NCBI GenBank assembly: GCA_040954595.2
Contig: CM082587.2
Span: forward strand, 9,119,403-9,183,402
Reading direction: 5' to 3'
DNA from: Balanoglossus misakiensis
Taxonomy: Eukaryota > Animalia > Hemichordata
DNA: 64,000 nucleotides
Below are positions 45,663 through 58,591 of this stretch, in pieces (position 1 is the first letter of the stretch; each line of letters starts with the position of its first letter). The notes beneath the pieces were generated by a model. The model had not been told where the DNA came from. It saw only the letters and a list, made by a program, of their open reading frames with translations, and searched no databases. The position numbers and the translations under genes were made by a program.

Positions 45663-45934
45663 CAATTTGTTTTTTTAACTTTGCCATTAAAGAATCGTGT
45701 CGGGTTATATTTTTTCTCGCATGTGTCCGTTTTATTCCTTTTTATCCAAGTGCCTTCATTCTATGATTACTTTTTGCAAAACGAACAAACCAAATTAAAC
45801 CACAATTTTTTATAGCCCCCTTGCCTTCTAAGATACGGAAGATCGCTCGGTCACACACAAAATTGGCCAGATCGGGCTATGTGTTCAATAGTATAGACTT
45901 GGGGTTTATAGCAGTAGAAATTCAAGCATCCTTC

Positions 45935-46054
45935 GCCTACGGCCATACCACGTAGAATACGCCGGTTCTCGTCTGATCACCGAAGCAAACCTGCGTTGGG
46001 CGTAGTTAGTACTTGGATGGGAGACCGCCTGGGAATACTACGTGCTGTAGGCTT
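45935..46054 (+). rRNA. 5S rRNA
   Basis: Array copy. Confidence 0.96.
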
Positions 46055-46327
46055 CAATTTGTTTTTTTAACTTTGCCATTAAAGAATCGTGTCGGGTTAT
46101 ATTTTTTCTCGCATGTGTCCGTTTTATTCCTTTTTATCCAAGTGCCTTCATTCTATGATTACTTTTTGCAAAACAGAACAAACCAAATTAAACCACAATT
46201 TTTTATAGCCCCCTTGCCTTCTAAGATACGGAAGATCGCTCGGTCACACACAAAATTGGCCGGATCGGGCTATGTGTTCAATAGTATAGACTTGGGGTTT
46301 ATAGCAGTAGAAATTCAAGCATCCTTC

Positions 46328-46447
46328 GCCTACGGCCATACCACGTAGAATACGCCGGTTCTCGTCTGATCACCGAAGCAAACCTGCGTTGGGCGTAGTT
46401 AGTACTTGGATGGGAGACCGCCTGGGAATACTACGTGCTGTAGGCTT
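46328..46447 (+). rRNA. 5S rRNA
   Basis: Array copy. Confidence 0.96.
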
Positions 46448-46720
46448 CAATTTGTTTTTTTAACTTTGCCATTAAAGAATCGTGTCGGGTTATATTTTTT
46501 CTCGCATGTGTCCGTTTTATTCCTTTTTATCCAAGTGCCTTCATTCTATGATTACTTTTTGCAAAACAGAACAAACCAAATTAAACCACAATTTTTTATA
46601 GCCCCCTTGCCTTATAAGGTACGGAAGATCGCTCGGTCACACACAAAATTGGCCAGATCGGGCTATGTGTTCAATAGTATAGACTTGGGGTTTATAGCAG
46701 TAGAAATTCAAGCATCCTTC

Positions 46721-46840
46721 GCCTACGGCCATACCACGTAGAATACGCCGGTTCTCGTCTGATCACCGAAGCAAACCTGCGTTGGGCGTAGTTAGTACTT
46801 GGATGGGAGACCGCCTGGGAATACTACGTGCTGTAGGCTT
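46721..46840 (+). rRNA. 5S rRNA
   Basis: Array copy. Confidence 0.96.
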
Positions 46841-47116
46841 CAAATTGTTTTTTTTTTTTTTTAACTTTGCCATTAAAGAATCGTGTCGGGTTATATTTTT
46901 TCTCGCATGTGTCCGTTTTATTCCTTTTTATCCAAGTGCCTTCATTCTATGATTACTTTTTGCAAAACAGAACAAACCAAACCACAATTTTTTATAGCCC
47001 CCTTGCCTTATAAGGTACGGAAGATCGCTCGGTCACACACAAAATTGGCCAGATCGGGCTATGTGTTCAATAGTATAGACTTGGGGTTTATAGCAGTAGA
47101 AATTCAAGCATCCTTC

Positions 47117-47236
47117 GCCTACGGCCATACCACGTAGAATACGCCGGTTCTCGTCTGATCACCGAAGCAAACCTGCGTTGGGCGTAGTTAGTACTTGGAT
47201 GGGAGACCGCCTGGGAATACTACGTGCTGTAGGCTT
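47117..47236 (+). rRNA. 5S rRNA
   Basis: Array copy. Confidence 0.96.
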
Positions 47237-47788
47237 CAAATTGTTTTTTTTTTTTTTTAACTTTGCCATTAAAGAATCGTGTCGGGTTATATTTTTTCTC
47301 GCATGTGTCCGTTTTATTCCTTTTTATCCAAGTGCCTTCATTCTATGATTACTTTTTGCAAAACAGAACAAACCAAACCACAATTTTTTATAGCCCCCTT
47401 GCCTTATAAGGTATGGAAGATCGCTCGGTCACACACAAAATTGGCCAGATCGGGCTATGTGTTCAATTTTATAGACTTGGGGTTTATAGCAGTAGAAATT
47501 CAAGTATCCTTTGCCTACGTCAATTTGTTTTTTTAACTTTGCCATTAAAGAATCGTGTCGGGTTATATTTTTTCTCGCATGTGTCCGTTTTATTCCTTTT
47601 TATCCAAGTGCCTTCATTCTATGATTACTTTTTGCAAAACAGAACAAATTAAACCACAATTTTTTATAGCCCCCTTGCCTTCTAAGATACGGAAGATCGC
47701 TCGGTCACACACAAAATTGGCCAGATCGGGCTATGTGTTCAATAGTATAGACTTGGGGTTTATAGCAGTAGAAATTCAAGCATCCTTC

Positions 47789-47908
47789 GCCTACGGCCAT
47801 ACCACGTAGAATACGCCGGTTCTCGTCTGATCACCGAAGCAAACCTGCGTTGGGCGTAGTTAGTACTTGCATGGGAGACCGCCTGGGAATACTACGTGCT
47901 GTAGGCTT
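47789..47908 (+). rRNA. 5S rRNA (G82C variant)
   Basis: Array copy. Confidence 0.94.
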
Positions 47909-48176
47909 CAATTTGTTTTTTTAACTTTGCCATTAAAGAATCGTGTCGGGTTATATTTTTTCTCGCATGTGTCCGTTTTATTCCTTTTTATCCAAGTGCC
48001 TTCATTCTATGATTACTTTTTGCAAAACAGAACAAACCAAACCACAATTTTTTATAGCCCCCTTGCCTTATAAGGTACGGAAGATCGCTCGGTCACACAC
48101 AAAATTGGCCAGATCGGGCTATGTGTTCAATAGTATAGACTTGGGGTTTATAGCAGTAGAAATTCAAGCATCCTTC

Positions 48177-48296
48177 GCCTACGGCCATACCACGTAGAAT
48201 ACGCCGGTTCTCGTCTGATCACCGAAGCAAACCTGCGTTGGGCGTAGTTAGTACTTGGATGGGAGACCGCCTGGGAATACTACGTGCTGTAGGCTT
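48177..48296 (+). rRNA. 5S rRNA
   Basis: Array copy. Confidence 0.96.
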
Positions 48297-48564
48297 CAAT
48301 TTGTTTTTTTAACTTTGCCATTAAAGAATCGTGTCGGGTTATAGTTTTTCTCGCATGTGTCCGTTTTATTCCTTTTTATCCAAGTGCCTTCATTCTATGA
48401 TTACTTTTTGCAAAACAGAACAAACCAAACCACAATTTTTTATAGCCCCCTTGCCTTATAAGGTACGGAAGATCGCTCGGTCACACACAAAATTGGCCAG
48501 ATCGGGCTATGTGTTCAATAGTATAGACTTGGGGTTTATAGCAGTAGAAATTCAAGCATCCTTC

Positions 48565-48684
48565 GCCTACGGCCATACCACGTAGAATACGCCGGTTCTC
48601 GTCTGATCACCGAAGCAAACCTGCGTTGGGCGTAGTTAGTACTTGGATGGGAGACCGCTTGGGAATACTACGTGCTGTAGGCTT
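48565..48684 (+). rRNA. 5S rRNA (C95T variant)
   Basis: Array copy. Confidence 0.94.
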
Positions 48685-48952
48685 CAATTTGTTTTTTTAA
48701 CTTTGCCATTAAAGAATCGTGTCGGGTTATATTTTTTCTCGCATGTGTCCGTTTTATTCCTTTTTATCCAAGTGCCTTCATTCTATGATTACTTTTTGCA
48801 AAACAGAACAAACCAAACCACAATTTTTTATAGCCCCCTTGCCTTATAAGGTACGGAAGATCGCTCGGTCACACACAAAATTGGCCAGATCGGGCTATGT
48901 GTTCAATAGTATAGACTTGGGGTTTATAGCAGTAGAAATTCAAGCATCCTTC

Positions 48953-49072
48953 GCCTACGGCCATACCACGTAGAATACGCCGGTTCTCGTCTGATCACCG
49001 AAGCAAACCTGCGTTGGGCGTAGTTAGTACTTGCATGGGAGACCGCCTGGGAATACTACGTGCTGTAGGCTT
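48953..49072 (+). rRNA. 5S rRNA (G82C variant)
   Basis: Array copy. Confidence 0.94.
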
Positions 49073-49345
49073 CAATTTGTTTTTTTAAATTTGCCATTAA
49101 AGAATCGTGTCGGGTTATATTTTTTCTCGCATGTGTCCGTTTTATTCCTTTTTATCCAAGTGCCTTCATTCTATGATTACTTATTGCAAAACAGAACAAA
49201 CCAAATTAAACCACAATTTTTTATAGCCCCCTTGCCTTCTAAGATACGGAAGATCGCTCGGTCACACACAAAATTGGCCAGATCGGGCTATGTGTTCAAT
49301 AGTATAGACTTCGGGTTTATAGCAATATACATTCAAGCATCCTTC

Positions 49346-49465
49346 GCCTACGGCCATACCACGTAGAATACGCCGGTTCTCGTCTGATCACCGAAGCAAA
49401 CCTGCGTTGGGCGTAGTTAGTACTTGGATGGGAGACCGCCTGGGAATACTACGTGCTGTAGGCTT
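49346..49465 (+). rRNA. 5S rRNA
   Basis: Array copy; several private upstream substitutions. Confidence 0.95.
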
Positions 49466-50015
49466 CAAATTTTTTTTTTTTTTTTAACTTTGCCATTAAA
49501 GAATCGTGTCGGGTTATATTTTTTCTCGCATGTGTCCGTTTTATTCCTTTTTATCCAAGTGCCTTCATTCTATGATTACTTTTTGCAAAACAGAACAAAC
49601 CAAACCACAATTTTTTATAGCCCCCTTGCCTTATAAGGTACGGAAGATCGCTCGGTCACACACAAAATTGGCCAGATCGGGCTATGTGTTCAATAGTATA
49701 GACTTGGGGTTTATAGCAGTAGAAATTCAAGTATCCTTTGCCTACGTCAATTTGTTTTTTTAACTTTGCCATTAAAGAATCGTGTCGGGTTATATTTTTT
49801 CTCGCATGTGTCCGTTTTATTCCTTTTTATCCAAGTGCCTTCATTCTATGATTACTTTTTGCAAAACAGAACAAACCAAACCACAATTTTTTATAGCCCC
49901 CTTGCCTTATAAGGTATGGAAGATCGCTCGGTCACACACAAAATTGGCCAGATCGGGCTATGTGTTCAATTTTATAGACTTGGGGTTTATAGCAGTAGAA
50001 ATTCAAGTATCCTTC

Positions 50016-50135
50016 GCCTACGGCCATACCACGTAGAATACGCCGGTTCTCGTCTGATCACCGAAGCAAACCTGCGTTGGGCGTAGTTAGTACTTGCATG
50101 GGAGACCGCCTGGGAATACTACGTGCTGTAGGCTT
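50016..50135 (+). rRNA. 5S rRNA (G82C variant)
   Basis: Array copy. Confidence 0.94.
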
Positions 50136-50403
50136 CAATTTGTTTTTTTAACTTTGCCATTAAAGAATCGTGTCGGGTTATATTTTTTCTCGCATGTGTC
50201 CGTTTTATTCCTTTTTATCCAAGTGCCTTCATTCTATGATTACTTTTTGCAAAACAGAACAAACCAAACCACAATTTTTTATAGCCCCCTTGCCTTATAA
50301 GGTACGGAAGATCGCTCGGTCACACACAAAATTGGCCAGATCGGGCTATGTGTTCAATAGTATAGACTTGGGGTTTATAGCTGTAGAAATTCAAGCATCC
50401 TTC

Positions 50404-50523
50404 GCCTACGGCCATACCACGTAGAATACGCCGGTTCTCGTCTGATCACCGAAGCAAACCTGCGTCGGGCGTAGTTAGTACTTGGATGGGAGACCGCCTG
50501 GGAATACTACGTGCTGTAGGCTT
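50404..50523 (+). rRNA. 5S rRNA (T63C variant)
   Basis: Array copy. Confidence 0.96.
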
Positions 50524-50791
50524 CAATTTGTTTTTTTAACTTTGCCATTAAAGAATCGTGTCGGGTTATATTTTTTCTCGCATGTGTCCGTTTTATTCCT
50601 TTTTATCCAAGTGCCTTCATTCTATGATTACTTTTTGCAAAACAGAACAAACCAAACCACAATTTTTTATAGCCCCCTTGCCTTATAAGGTACGGAAGAT
50701 CGCTCGGTCACACACAAAATTGGCCAGATCGGGCTATGTGTTCAATAGTATAGACTTGGGGTTTATAGCAGTAGAAATTCAAGCATCCTTC

Positions 50792-50911
50792 GCCTACGGC
50801 CATACCACGTAGAATACGCCGGTTCTCGTCTGATCACCGAAGCAAACCTGCGTTGGGCGTAGTTAGTACTTGGATGGGAGACCGCCTGGGAATACTACGT
50901 GCTGTAGGCTT
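50792..50911 (+). rRNA. 5S rRNA
   Basis: Array copy. Confidence 0.96.
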
Positions 50912-51179
50912 CAATTTGTTTTTTTAACTTTGCCATTAAAGAATCGTGTCGGGTTATATTTTTTCTCGCATGTGTCCGTTTTATTCCTTTTTATCCAAGT
51001 GCCTTCATTCTATGATTACTTTTTGCAAAACAGAACAAACCAAACCACAATTTTTTATAGCCCCCTTGCCTTCTAAGATACGGAAGATCGCTCGGTCACA
51101 CACAAAATTGGCCAGATCGGGCTATGTGTTCAATAGTATAGACTTGGGGTTTATAGCAGTAGAAATTCAAGCATCCTTC

Positions 51180-51299
51180 GCCTACGGCCATACCACGTAG
51201 AATACGCCGGTTCTCGTCTGATCACCGAAGCAAACCTGCGTTGGGCGTAGTTAGTACTTGCATGGGAGACCGCCTGGGAATACTACGTGCTGTAGGCTT
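51180..51299 (+). rRNA. 5S rRNA (G82C variant)
   Basis: Array copy. Confidence 0.94.
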
Positions 51300-51848
51300 C
51301 AATTTGTTTTTTTAACTTTGCCATTAAAGAATCGTGTCGGGTTATATTTTTTCTCGCATGTGTCCGTTTTATTCCTTTTTATCCAAGTGCCTTCATTCTA
51401 TGATTACTTTTTGCAAAACAGAACAAACCAAATTAAACCACAATTTTTTATAGCCCCCTTGCCTTCTAAGATACGGAAGATCGCTCGGTCACACACAAAA
51501 TTGGCCAGATCGGGCTATGTGTTTAATAGTATAGAATTGGGGTTTATAGCAGTAGAAATTCAAGTATCCTTTGCCTACGTCAATTTGTTTTTTTAACTTT
51601 GCCATTAAAGAATCGTGTCGGGTTATATTTTTTCTCGCATGTGTCCGTTTTATTCCTTTTTATCCAAGTGCCTTCATTCTATGATTACTTTTTGCAAAAC
51701 AGAACAAACCAAACCAGAATTTTTTATAGCCCCCTTGCCTTATAAGATACGGAAGATCGCTCGGTCACACACAAAATTGGCCGGATCGGGCTATGTGTTC
51801 AATAGTATAGACTTGGGGTTTATAGCAGTAGAAATTCAAGCATCCTTC

Positions 51849-51968
51849 GCCTACGGCCATACCACGTAGAATACGCCGGTTCTCGTCTGATCACCGAAGC
51901 AAACCTGCGTTGGGCGTAGTTAGTACTTGGATGGGAGACCGCCTGGGAATACTACGTGCTGTAGGCTT
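51849..51968 (+). rRNA. 5S rRNA
   Basis: Array copy. Confidence 0.96.
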
Positions 51969-52241
51969 CAATTTGTTTTTTTAACTTTGCCATTAAAGAA
52001 TCGTGTCGGGTTATATTTTTTATCGCATGTGTCCGTTTTATTCCTTTTTATCCAAGTGCCTTCATTCTATGACTACTTTTTGCAAAACAGAACAAACCAA
52101 ATTAAACCACAATTTTTTATAGCCCCCTTGCCTTATAAGGTACGGAAGATCGCTCGGTCACACACAAAATTGGCCAGATCGGGCTATGTGTTCAATAGTA
52201 TAGACTTGGGGTTTATAGCAGTAGAAATTCAAGCATCCTTC

Positions 52242-52361
52242 GCCTACGGCCATACCACGTAGAATACGCCGGTTCTCGTCTAATCACCGAAGCAAACCTG
52301 CGTTGGGCGTAGTTAGTACTTGGATGGGAGACCGCCTGGGAATACTACGTGCTGTAGGCTT
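52242..52361 (+). rRNA. 5S rRNA (G41A variant)
   Basis: Array copy. Confidence 0.93.
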
Positions 52362-52635
52362 CAAATTGTTTTTTTTTTTTTAACTTTGCCATTAAAGAAT
52401 CGTGTCGGGTTATATTTTTTCTCGCATGTGTCCGTTTTATTCCTTTTTATCCAAGTGCCTTCATTCTATGATTACTTTTTGCAAAACAGAACAAACCAAA
52501 CCACAATTTTTTATAGCCCCCTTGCCTTATAAGATACGGAAGATCGCTCGGTCACACACAAAATTGGCCAGATCGGGCTATGTGTTCAATAGTATAGACT
52601 TGGGGTTTATAGCAGTAGAAATTCAAGCATCCTTC

Positions 52636-52755
52636 GCCTACGGCCATACCACGTAGAATACGCCGGTTCTCGTCTGATCACCGAAGCAAACCTGCGTTGG
52701 GCGTAGTTAGTACTTGGATGGGAGACCGCCTGGGAATACTACGTGCTGTAGGCTT
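52636..52755 (+). rRNA. 5S rRNA
   Basis: Array copy. Confidence 0.96.
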
Positions 52756-53309
52756 CAAATTGTTTTTTTTTTTTAACTTTGCCATTAAAGAATCGTGTCG
52801 GGTTATATTTTTTCTCGCATGTGTCCGTTTTATTCCTTTTTATCCAAGTGCCTTCATTCTATGATTACTTTTTGCAAAACAGAACAAACCAAATTAAACC
52901 ACAATTTTTTATAGCCCCCTTGCCTTATAAGGTACGGAAGATCGCTCGGTCACACACAAAATTGGCCAGATCGGGCTATGTGTTTAATAGTATAGACTTG
53001 GGGTTTATAGCAGTAGAAATTCAAGTATCCTTTGCCTACGTCAATTTGTTTTTTTAACTTTGCCATTAAAGAATCGTGTCGGGTTATATTTTTTCTCGCA
53101 TGTGTCCGTTTTATTCCTTTTTATCCAAGTGCCTTCATTCTATGATTACTTTTTGCAAAACAGAACAAACCAAACCAGAATTTTTTATAGCCCCCTTGCC
53201 TTATAAGATACGGAAGATCGCTCGGTCACACACAAAATTGGCCGGATCGGGCTATGTGTTCAATAGTATAGACTTGGGGTTTATAGCAGTAGAAATTCAA
53301 GCATCCTTC

Positions 53310-53429
53310 GCCTACGGCCATACCAGGTAGAATACGCCGGTTCTCGTCTGATCACCGAAGCAAACCTGCGTTGGGCGTAGTTAGTACTTGGATGGGAGAC
53401 CGCCTGGGAATACTACGTGCTGTAGGCTT
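53310..53429 (+). rRNA. 5S rRNA (C17G variant)
   Basis: Array copy. Confidence 0.93.
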
Positions 53430-53702
53430 CAATTTGTTTTTTTAACTTTGCCATTAAAGAATCGTGTCGGGTTATATTTTTTATCGCATGTGTCCGTTTT
53501 ATTCCTTTTTATCCAAGTGCCTTCATTCTATGATTACTTTTTGCAAAACAGAACAAACCAAATTAAACCACAATTTTTTATAGCCCCCTTGCCTTATAAG
53601 GTACGGAAGATCGCTCGGTCACACACAAAATTGGCCAGATCGGGCTATGTGTTCAATAGTATAGACTTGGGGTTTATAGCAGTAGAAATTCAAGCATCCT
53701 TC

Positions 53703-53822
53703 GCCTACGGCCATACCACGTAGAATACGCCGGTTCTCGTCTAATCACCGAAGCAAACCTGCGTTGGGCGTAGTTAGTACTTGGATGGGAGACCGCCTGG
53801 GAATACTACGTGCTGTAGGCTT
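53703..53822 (+). rRNA. 5S rRNA (G41A variant)
   Basis: Array copy. Confidence 0.93.
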
Positions 53823-54096
53823 CAAATGGTTTTTTTTTTTTTAACTTTGCCATTAAAGAATCGTGTCGGGTTATATTTTTTCTCGCATGTGTCCGTTTTA
53901 TTCCTTTTTATCCAAGTGCCTTCATTCTATGATTACTTTTTGCAAAACAGAACAAACCAAACCACAATTTTTTATAGCCCCCTTGCCTTATAAGATACGG
54001 AAGATCGCTCGGTCACACACAAAATTGGCCAGATCGGGCTATGTGTTCAATAGTATAGACTTGGGGTTTATAGCAGTAGAAATTCAAGCATCCTTC

Positions 54097-54216
54097 GCCT
54101 ACGGCCATACCACGTAGAATACGCCGGTTCTCGTCTGATCACCGAAGCAAACCTGCGTTGGGCGTAGTTAGTACTTGGATGGGAGACCGCCTGGGAATAC
54201 TACGTGCTGTAGGCTT
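54097..54216 (+). rRNA. 5S rRNA
   Basis: Array copy. Confidence 0.96.
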
Positions 54217-54770
54217 CAATTTGTTTTTTTAACTTTGCCATTAAAGAATCGTGTCGGGTTATATTTTTTCTCGCATGTGTCCGTTTTATTCCTTTTTAGC
54301 CAAGTGCCTTCATTCTATGATTACTTTTTGCAAAACAGAACAAACCAAATAACACCACAATTTTTTATAGCCCCCTTGCCTTATAAGGTACGGAAGATCG
54401 CTCGGTCACACACAAAATTGGCCAGATCGGGCTATGTGTTCAATAGTATAGACTTGGGGTTTATAGCAGTAGAAATTCAAGTATCCTTTGCCTACGTCAA
54501 TTTGTTTTTTTAACTTTGCCATTAAAGAATCGTGTCGGGTTATATTTTTTCTCGCATGTGTCCGTTTTATTCCTTTTTATCCAAGTGCCTTCATTCTATG
54601 ATTACTTTTTGCAAAACAGAACAAACCAAATTAAACCACAATTTTTTATAGCCCCCTTGCCTTATAAGATACGGAAGATCGCACGGTCACACACAAAATT
54701 GGCCAGATCGGGCTATGTGTTCAATAGTATAGACTTGGGGTTTATAGCAGTAGAAATTCAAGCATCCTTT

Positions 54771-54890
54771 GTCTACGGCCATACCACGTAGAATACGCCG
54801 GTTCTCGTCTGATCACCGAAGCAAACCTGCGTTGGGCGTAGTTAGTACTTGGATGGGAGACCGCCTGGGAATACTACGTGCTGTAGGCTT
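54771..54890 (+). rRNA. 5S rRNA (C2T variant)
   Basis: Array copy. Confidence 0.95.
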
Positions 54891-55163
54891 CAATTTGTTT
54901 TTTTAACTTTGCCATTAAAGAATCGTGTCGGGTTATATTTTTTCTCGCATGTGTCCGTTTTATTCCTTTTTATCCAAGTGCCTTCATTCTATGATTACTT
55001 TTTGCAAAACAGAACAAACCAAATTAAACCACAATTTTTTATAGCCCCCTTGCCTTCTAAGATACGGAAGATCGCTCGGTCACACACAAAATTGGCCGGA
55101 TCGGGCTATGTGTTCAATAGTATAGACTTGGGGTTTATAGCAGTAGAAATTCAAGCATCCTTC

Positions 55164-55283
55164 GCCTACGGCCATACCAGGTAGAATACGCCGGTTCTCG
55201 TCTGATCACCGAAGCAAACCTGCGTTGGGCGTAGTTAGTACTTGGATGGGAGACCGCCTGGGAATACTACGTGCTGTAGGCTT
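55164..55283 (+). rRNA. 5S rRNA (C17G variant)
   Basis: Array copy. Confidence 0.93.
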
Positions 55284-56113
55284 CAAATTGTTTTTTTTTT
55301 TTAACTTTGCCATTAAAGAATCGTGTCGGGTTATATTTTTTCTCGCATGTGTCCGTTTTATTCCTTTTTATCCAAGTGCCTTCATTCTATGATTACTTTT
55401 TGCAAAACAGAACAAACCAAATTAAACCACAATTTTTTATAGCCCCCTTGCCTTATAAGGTACGGAAGATCGCTCGGTCACACACAAAATTGGCCAGATC
55501 GGGCTATGTGTTCAATAGTATAGACTTGGGGTTTATAGCAGTAGAAATTCAAGTATCCTTTGCCTACGTCAATTTGTTTTTTTAACTTTGCCATTAAAGA
55601 ATCGTGTCGGGTTATATTTTTTCTCGCATGTGTCCGTTTTATTCCTTTTTATCCAAGTGCCTTCATTCTATGATTACTTTTTGCAAAACAGAACAAACCA
55701 AACCACAATTTTTTATAGCCCCCTTGCCTTATAAGATACGGAAGATCGCTCGGTCACACACAAAATTGGCCAGATCGGGCTATGTGTTCAATAGTATAGA
55801 CTTGGGGTTTATAGCAGTAGAAATTCAAGTATCCTTTGCCTACGTCAATTTGTTTTTTTAACTTTGCCATTAAAGAATCGTGTCGGGTTATATTTTTTCT
55901 CGCATGTGTCCGTTTTATTCCTTTTTATCCAAGTGCCTTCATTCTATGATTACTTTTTGCAAAACAGAACAAACCAAACCACAATTTTTTATGGCCCCCT
56001 TGCCTTATAAGATACGGAAGATCGCTCGGTCACACACAAAATTGGCCAGATCGGGCTATGTGTTCAATAGTATAGACTTGGGGTTTATAGCAGTAGAAAT
56101 TCAAGCATCCTTC

Positions 56114-56233
56114 GCCTACGGCCATACCACGTAGAATACGCCGGTTCTCGTCTGATCACCGAAGCAAACCTGCGTTGGGCGTAGTTAGTACTTGGATGGG
56201 AGACCGCCTGGGAATACTACGTGCTGTAGGCTT
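56114..56233 (+). rRNA. 5S rRNA
   Basis: Array copy. Confidence 0.96.
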
Positions 56234-56506
56234 CAATTTGTTTTTTTAACTTTGCCATTAAAGAATCGTGTCGGGTTATATTTTTTCTCGCATGTGTCCG
56301 TTTTATTCCTTTTTATCCAAGTGCCTTCATTCTATGATTACTTTTTGCAAAACAGAACAAACCAAATTAAACCACAATTTTTTATAGCCCCCTTGCCTTC
56401 TAAGATACGGAAGATCGCTCGGTCACACACAAAATTGGCCAGATCGGGCTATGTGTTCAATAGTATAGACTTGGGGTTTATAGCAGTAGAAATTCAAGCA
56501 TCCTTC

Positions 56507-56626
56507 GCCTACGGCCATACCACGTAGAATACGCCGGTTCTCGTCTGATCACCGAAGCAAACCTGCGTTGGGCGTAGTTAGTACTTGGATGGGAGACCGC
56601 CTGGGAATACTACGTGCTGTAGGCTT
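56507..56626 (+). rRNA. 5S rRNA
   Basis: Array copy. Confidence 0.96.
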
Positions 56627-56900
56627 CAAATTGTTTTTTTTTTTTTAACTTTGCCATTAAAGAATCGTGTCGGGTTATATTTTTTCTCGCATGTGTCCGT
56701 TTTATTCCTTTTTATCCAAGTGCCTTCATTCTATGATTACTTTTTGCAAAACAGAACAAACCAAACCACAATTTTTTATAGCCCCCTTGCCTTATAAGAT
56801 ACGGAAGATCGCTCGGTCACACACAAAATTGGCCAGATCGGGCTATGTGTTCAATAGTATAGACTTGGGGTTTATAGCAGTAGAAATTCAAGCATCCTTC

Positions 56901-57020
56901 GCCTACGGCCATACCACGTAGAATACGCCGGTTCTCGTCTGATCACCGAAGCAAACCTGCGTTGGGCGTAGTTAGTACTTGGATGGGAGACCGCCTGGGA
57001 ATACTACGTGCTGTAGGCTT
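56901..57020 (+). rRNA. 5S rRNA
   Basis: Array copy. Confidence 0.96.
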
Positions 57021-57292
57021 CAATTTGTTTTTTTAACTTTGCCATTAAAGAATCGTGTCGGGTTATATTTTTTCTCGCATGTGTCCGTTTTATTCCTTTT
57101 TATCCAAGTGCCTTCATTCTATGATTACTTTTTGCAAAACAGAACAAACCAAATTAAACCACAATTTTTTATAGCCCCTTGCCTTCTAAGATACGGAAGA
57201 TCGCTCGGTCACACACAAAATTGGCCGGATCGGGCTATGTGTTCAATAGTATAGACTTGGGGTTTATAGCAGTAGAAATTCAAGCATCCTTC

Positions 57293-57412
57293 GCCTACGG
57301 CCATACCACGTAGAATACGCCGGTTCTCGTCTGATCACCGAAGCAAACCTGCGTTGGGCGTAGTTAGTACTTGGATGGGAGACCGCCTGGGAATACTACG
57401 TGCTGTAGGCTT
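57293..57412 (+). rRNA. 5S rRNA
   Basis: Array copy. Confidence 0.96.
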
Positions 57413-57685
57413 CAATTTGTTTTTTTAACTTTGCCATTAAAGAATCGTGTCGGGTTATATTTTTTCTCGCATGTGTCCGTTTTATTCCTTTTTATCCAAG
57501 TGCCTTCATTCTATGATTACTTTTTGCAAAACAGAACAAACCAAATTAAACCACAATTTTTTATAGCCCCCTTGCCTTATAAGATACGGAAGATCGCACG
57601 GTCACACACAAAATTGGCCAGATCGGGCTATGTGTTCAATAGTATAGACTTGGGGTTTATAGCAGTAGAAATTCAAGCATCCTTC

Positions 57686-57805
57686 GCCTACGGCCATACC
57701 ACGTAGAATACGCCGGTTCTCGTCTGATCACCGAAGCAAACCTGCGTTGGGCGTAGTTAGTACTTGGATGGGAGACCGCCTGGGAATACTACGTGCTGTA
57801 GGCTT
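57686..57805 (+). rRNA. 5S rRNA
   Basis: Array copy. Confidence 0.96.
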
Positions 57806-58078
57806 CAATTTGTTTTTTTAACTTTGCCATTAAAGAATCGTGTCGGGTTATATTTTTTCTCGCATGTGTCCGTTTTATTCCTTTTTATCCAAGTGCCTTC
57901 ATTCTATGATTACTTTTTGCAAAACAGAACAAACCAAATTAAACCACAATTTTTTATAGCCCCCTTGCCTTATAAGATACGGAAGATCGCACGGTCACAC
58001 ACAAAATTGGCCAGATCGGGCTATGTGTTCAATAGTATAGACTTGGGGTTTATAGCAGTAGAAATTCAAGCATCCTTC

Positions 58079-58198
58079 GCCTACGGCCATACCACGTAGA
58101 ATACGCCGGTTCTCGTCTGATCACCGAAGCAAACCTGCGTTGGGCGTAGTTAGTACTTGGATGGGAGACCGCCTGGGAATACTACGTGCTGTAGGCTT
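58079..58198 (+). rRNA. 5S rRNA
   Basis: Array copy. Confidence 0.96.
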
Positions 58199-58471
58199 CA
58201 ATTTGTTTTTTTAACTTTGCCATTAAAGAATCGTGTCGGGTTATATTTTTTCTCGCATGTGTCCGTTTTATTCCTTTTTATCCAAGTGCCTTCATTCTAT
58301 GATTACTTTTTGCAAAACAGAACAAACCAAATTAAACCACAATTTTTTATAGCCCCCTTGCCTTCTAAGATACGGAAGATCGCTCGGTCACACACAAAAT
58401 TGGCCAGATCGGGCTATGTGTTCAATAGTATAGACTTGGGGTTTATAGCAGTAGAAATTCAAGCATCCTTC

Positions 58472-58591
58472 GCCTACGGCCATACCACGTAGAATACGCC
58501 GGTTCTCGTCTGATCACCGAAGCAAACCTGCGTTGGGCGTAGTTAGTACTTGGATGGGAGACCGCCTGGGAATACTACGTGCTGTAGGCTT
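58472..58591 (+). rRNA. 5S rRNA
   Basis: Array copy. Confidence 0.96.
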
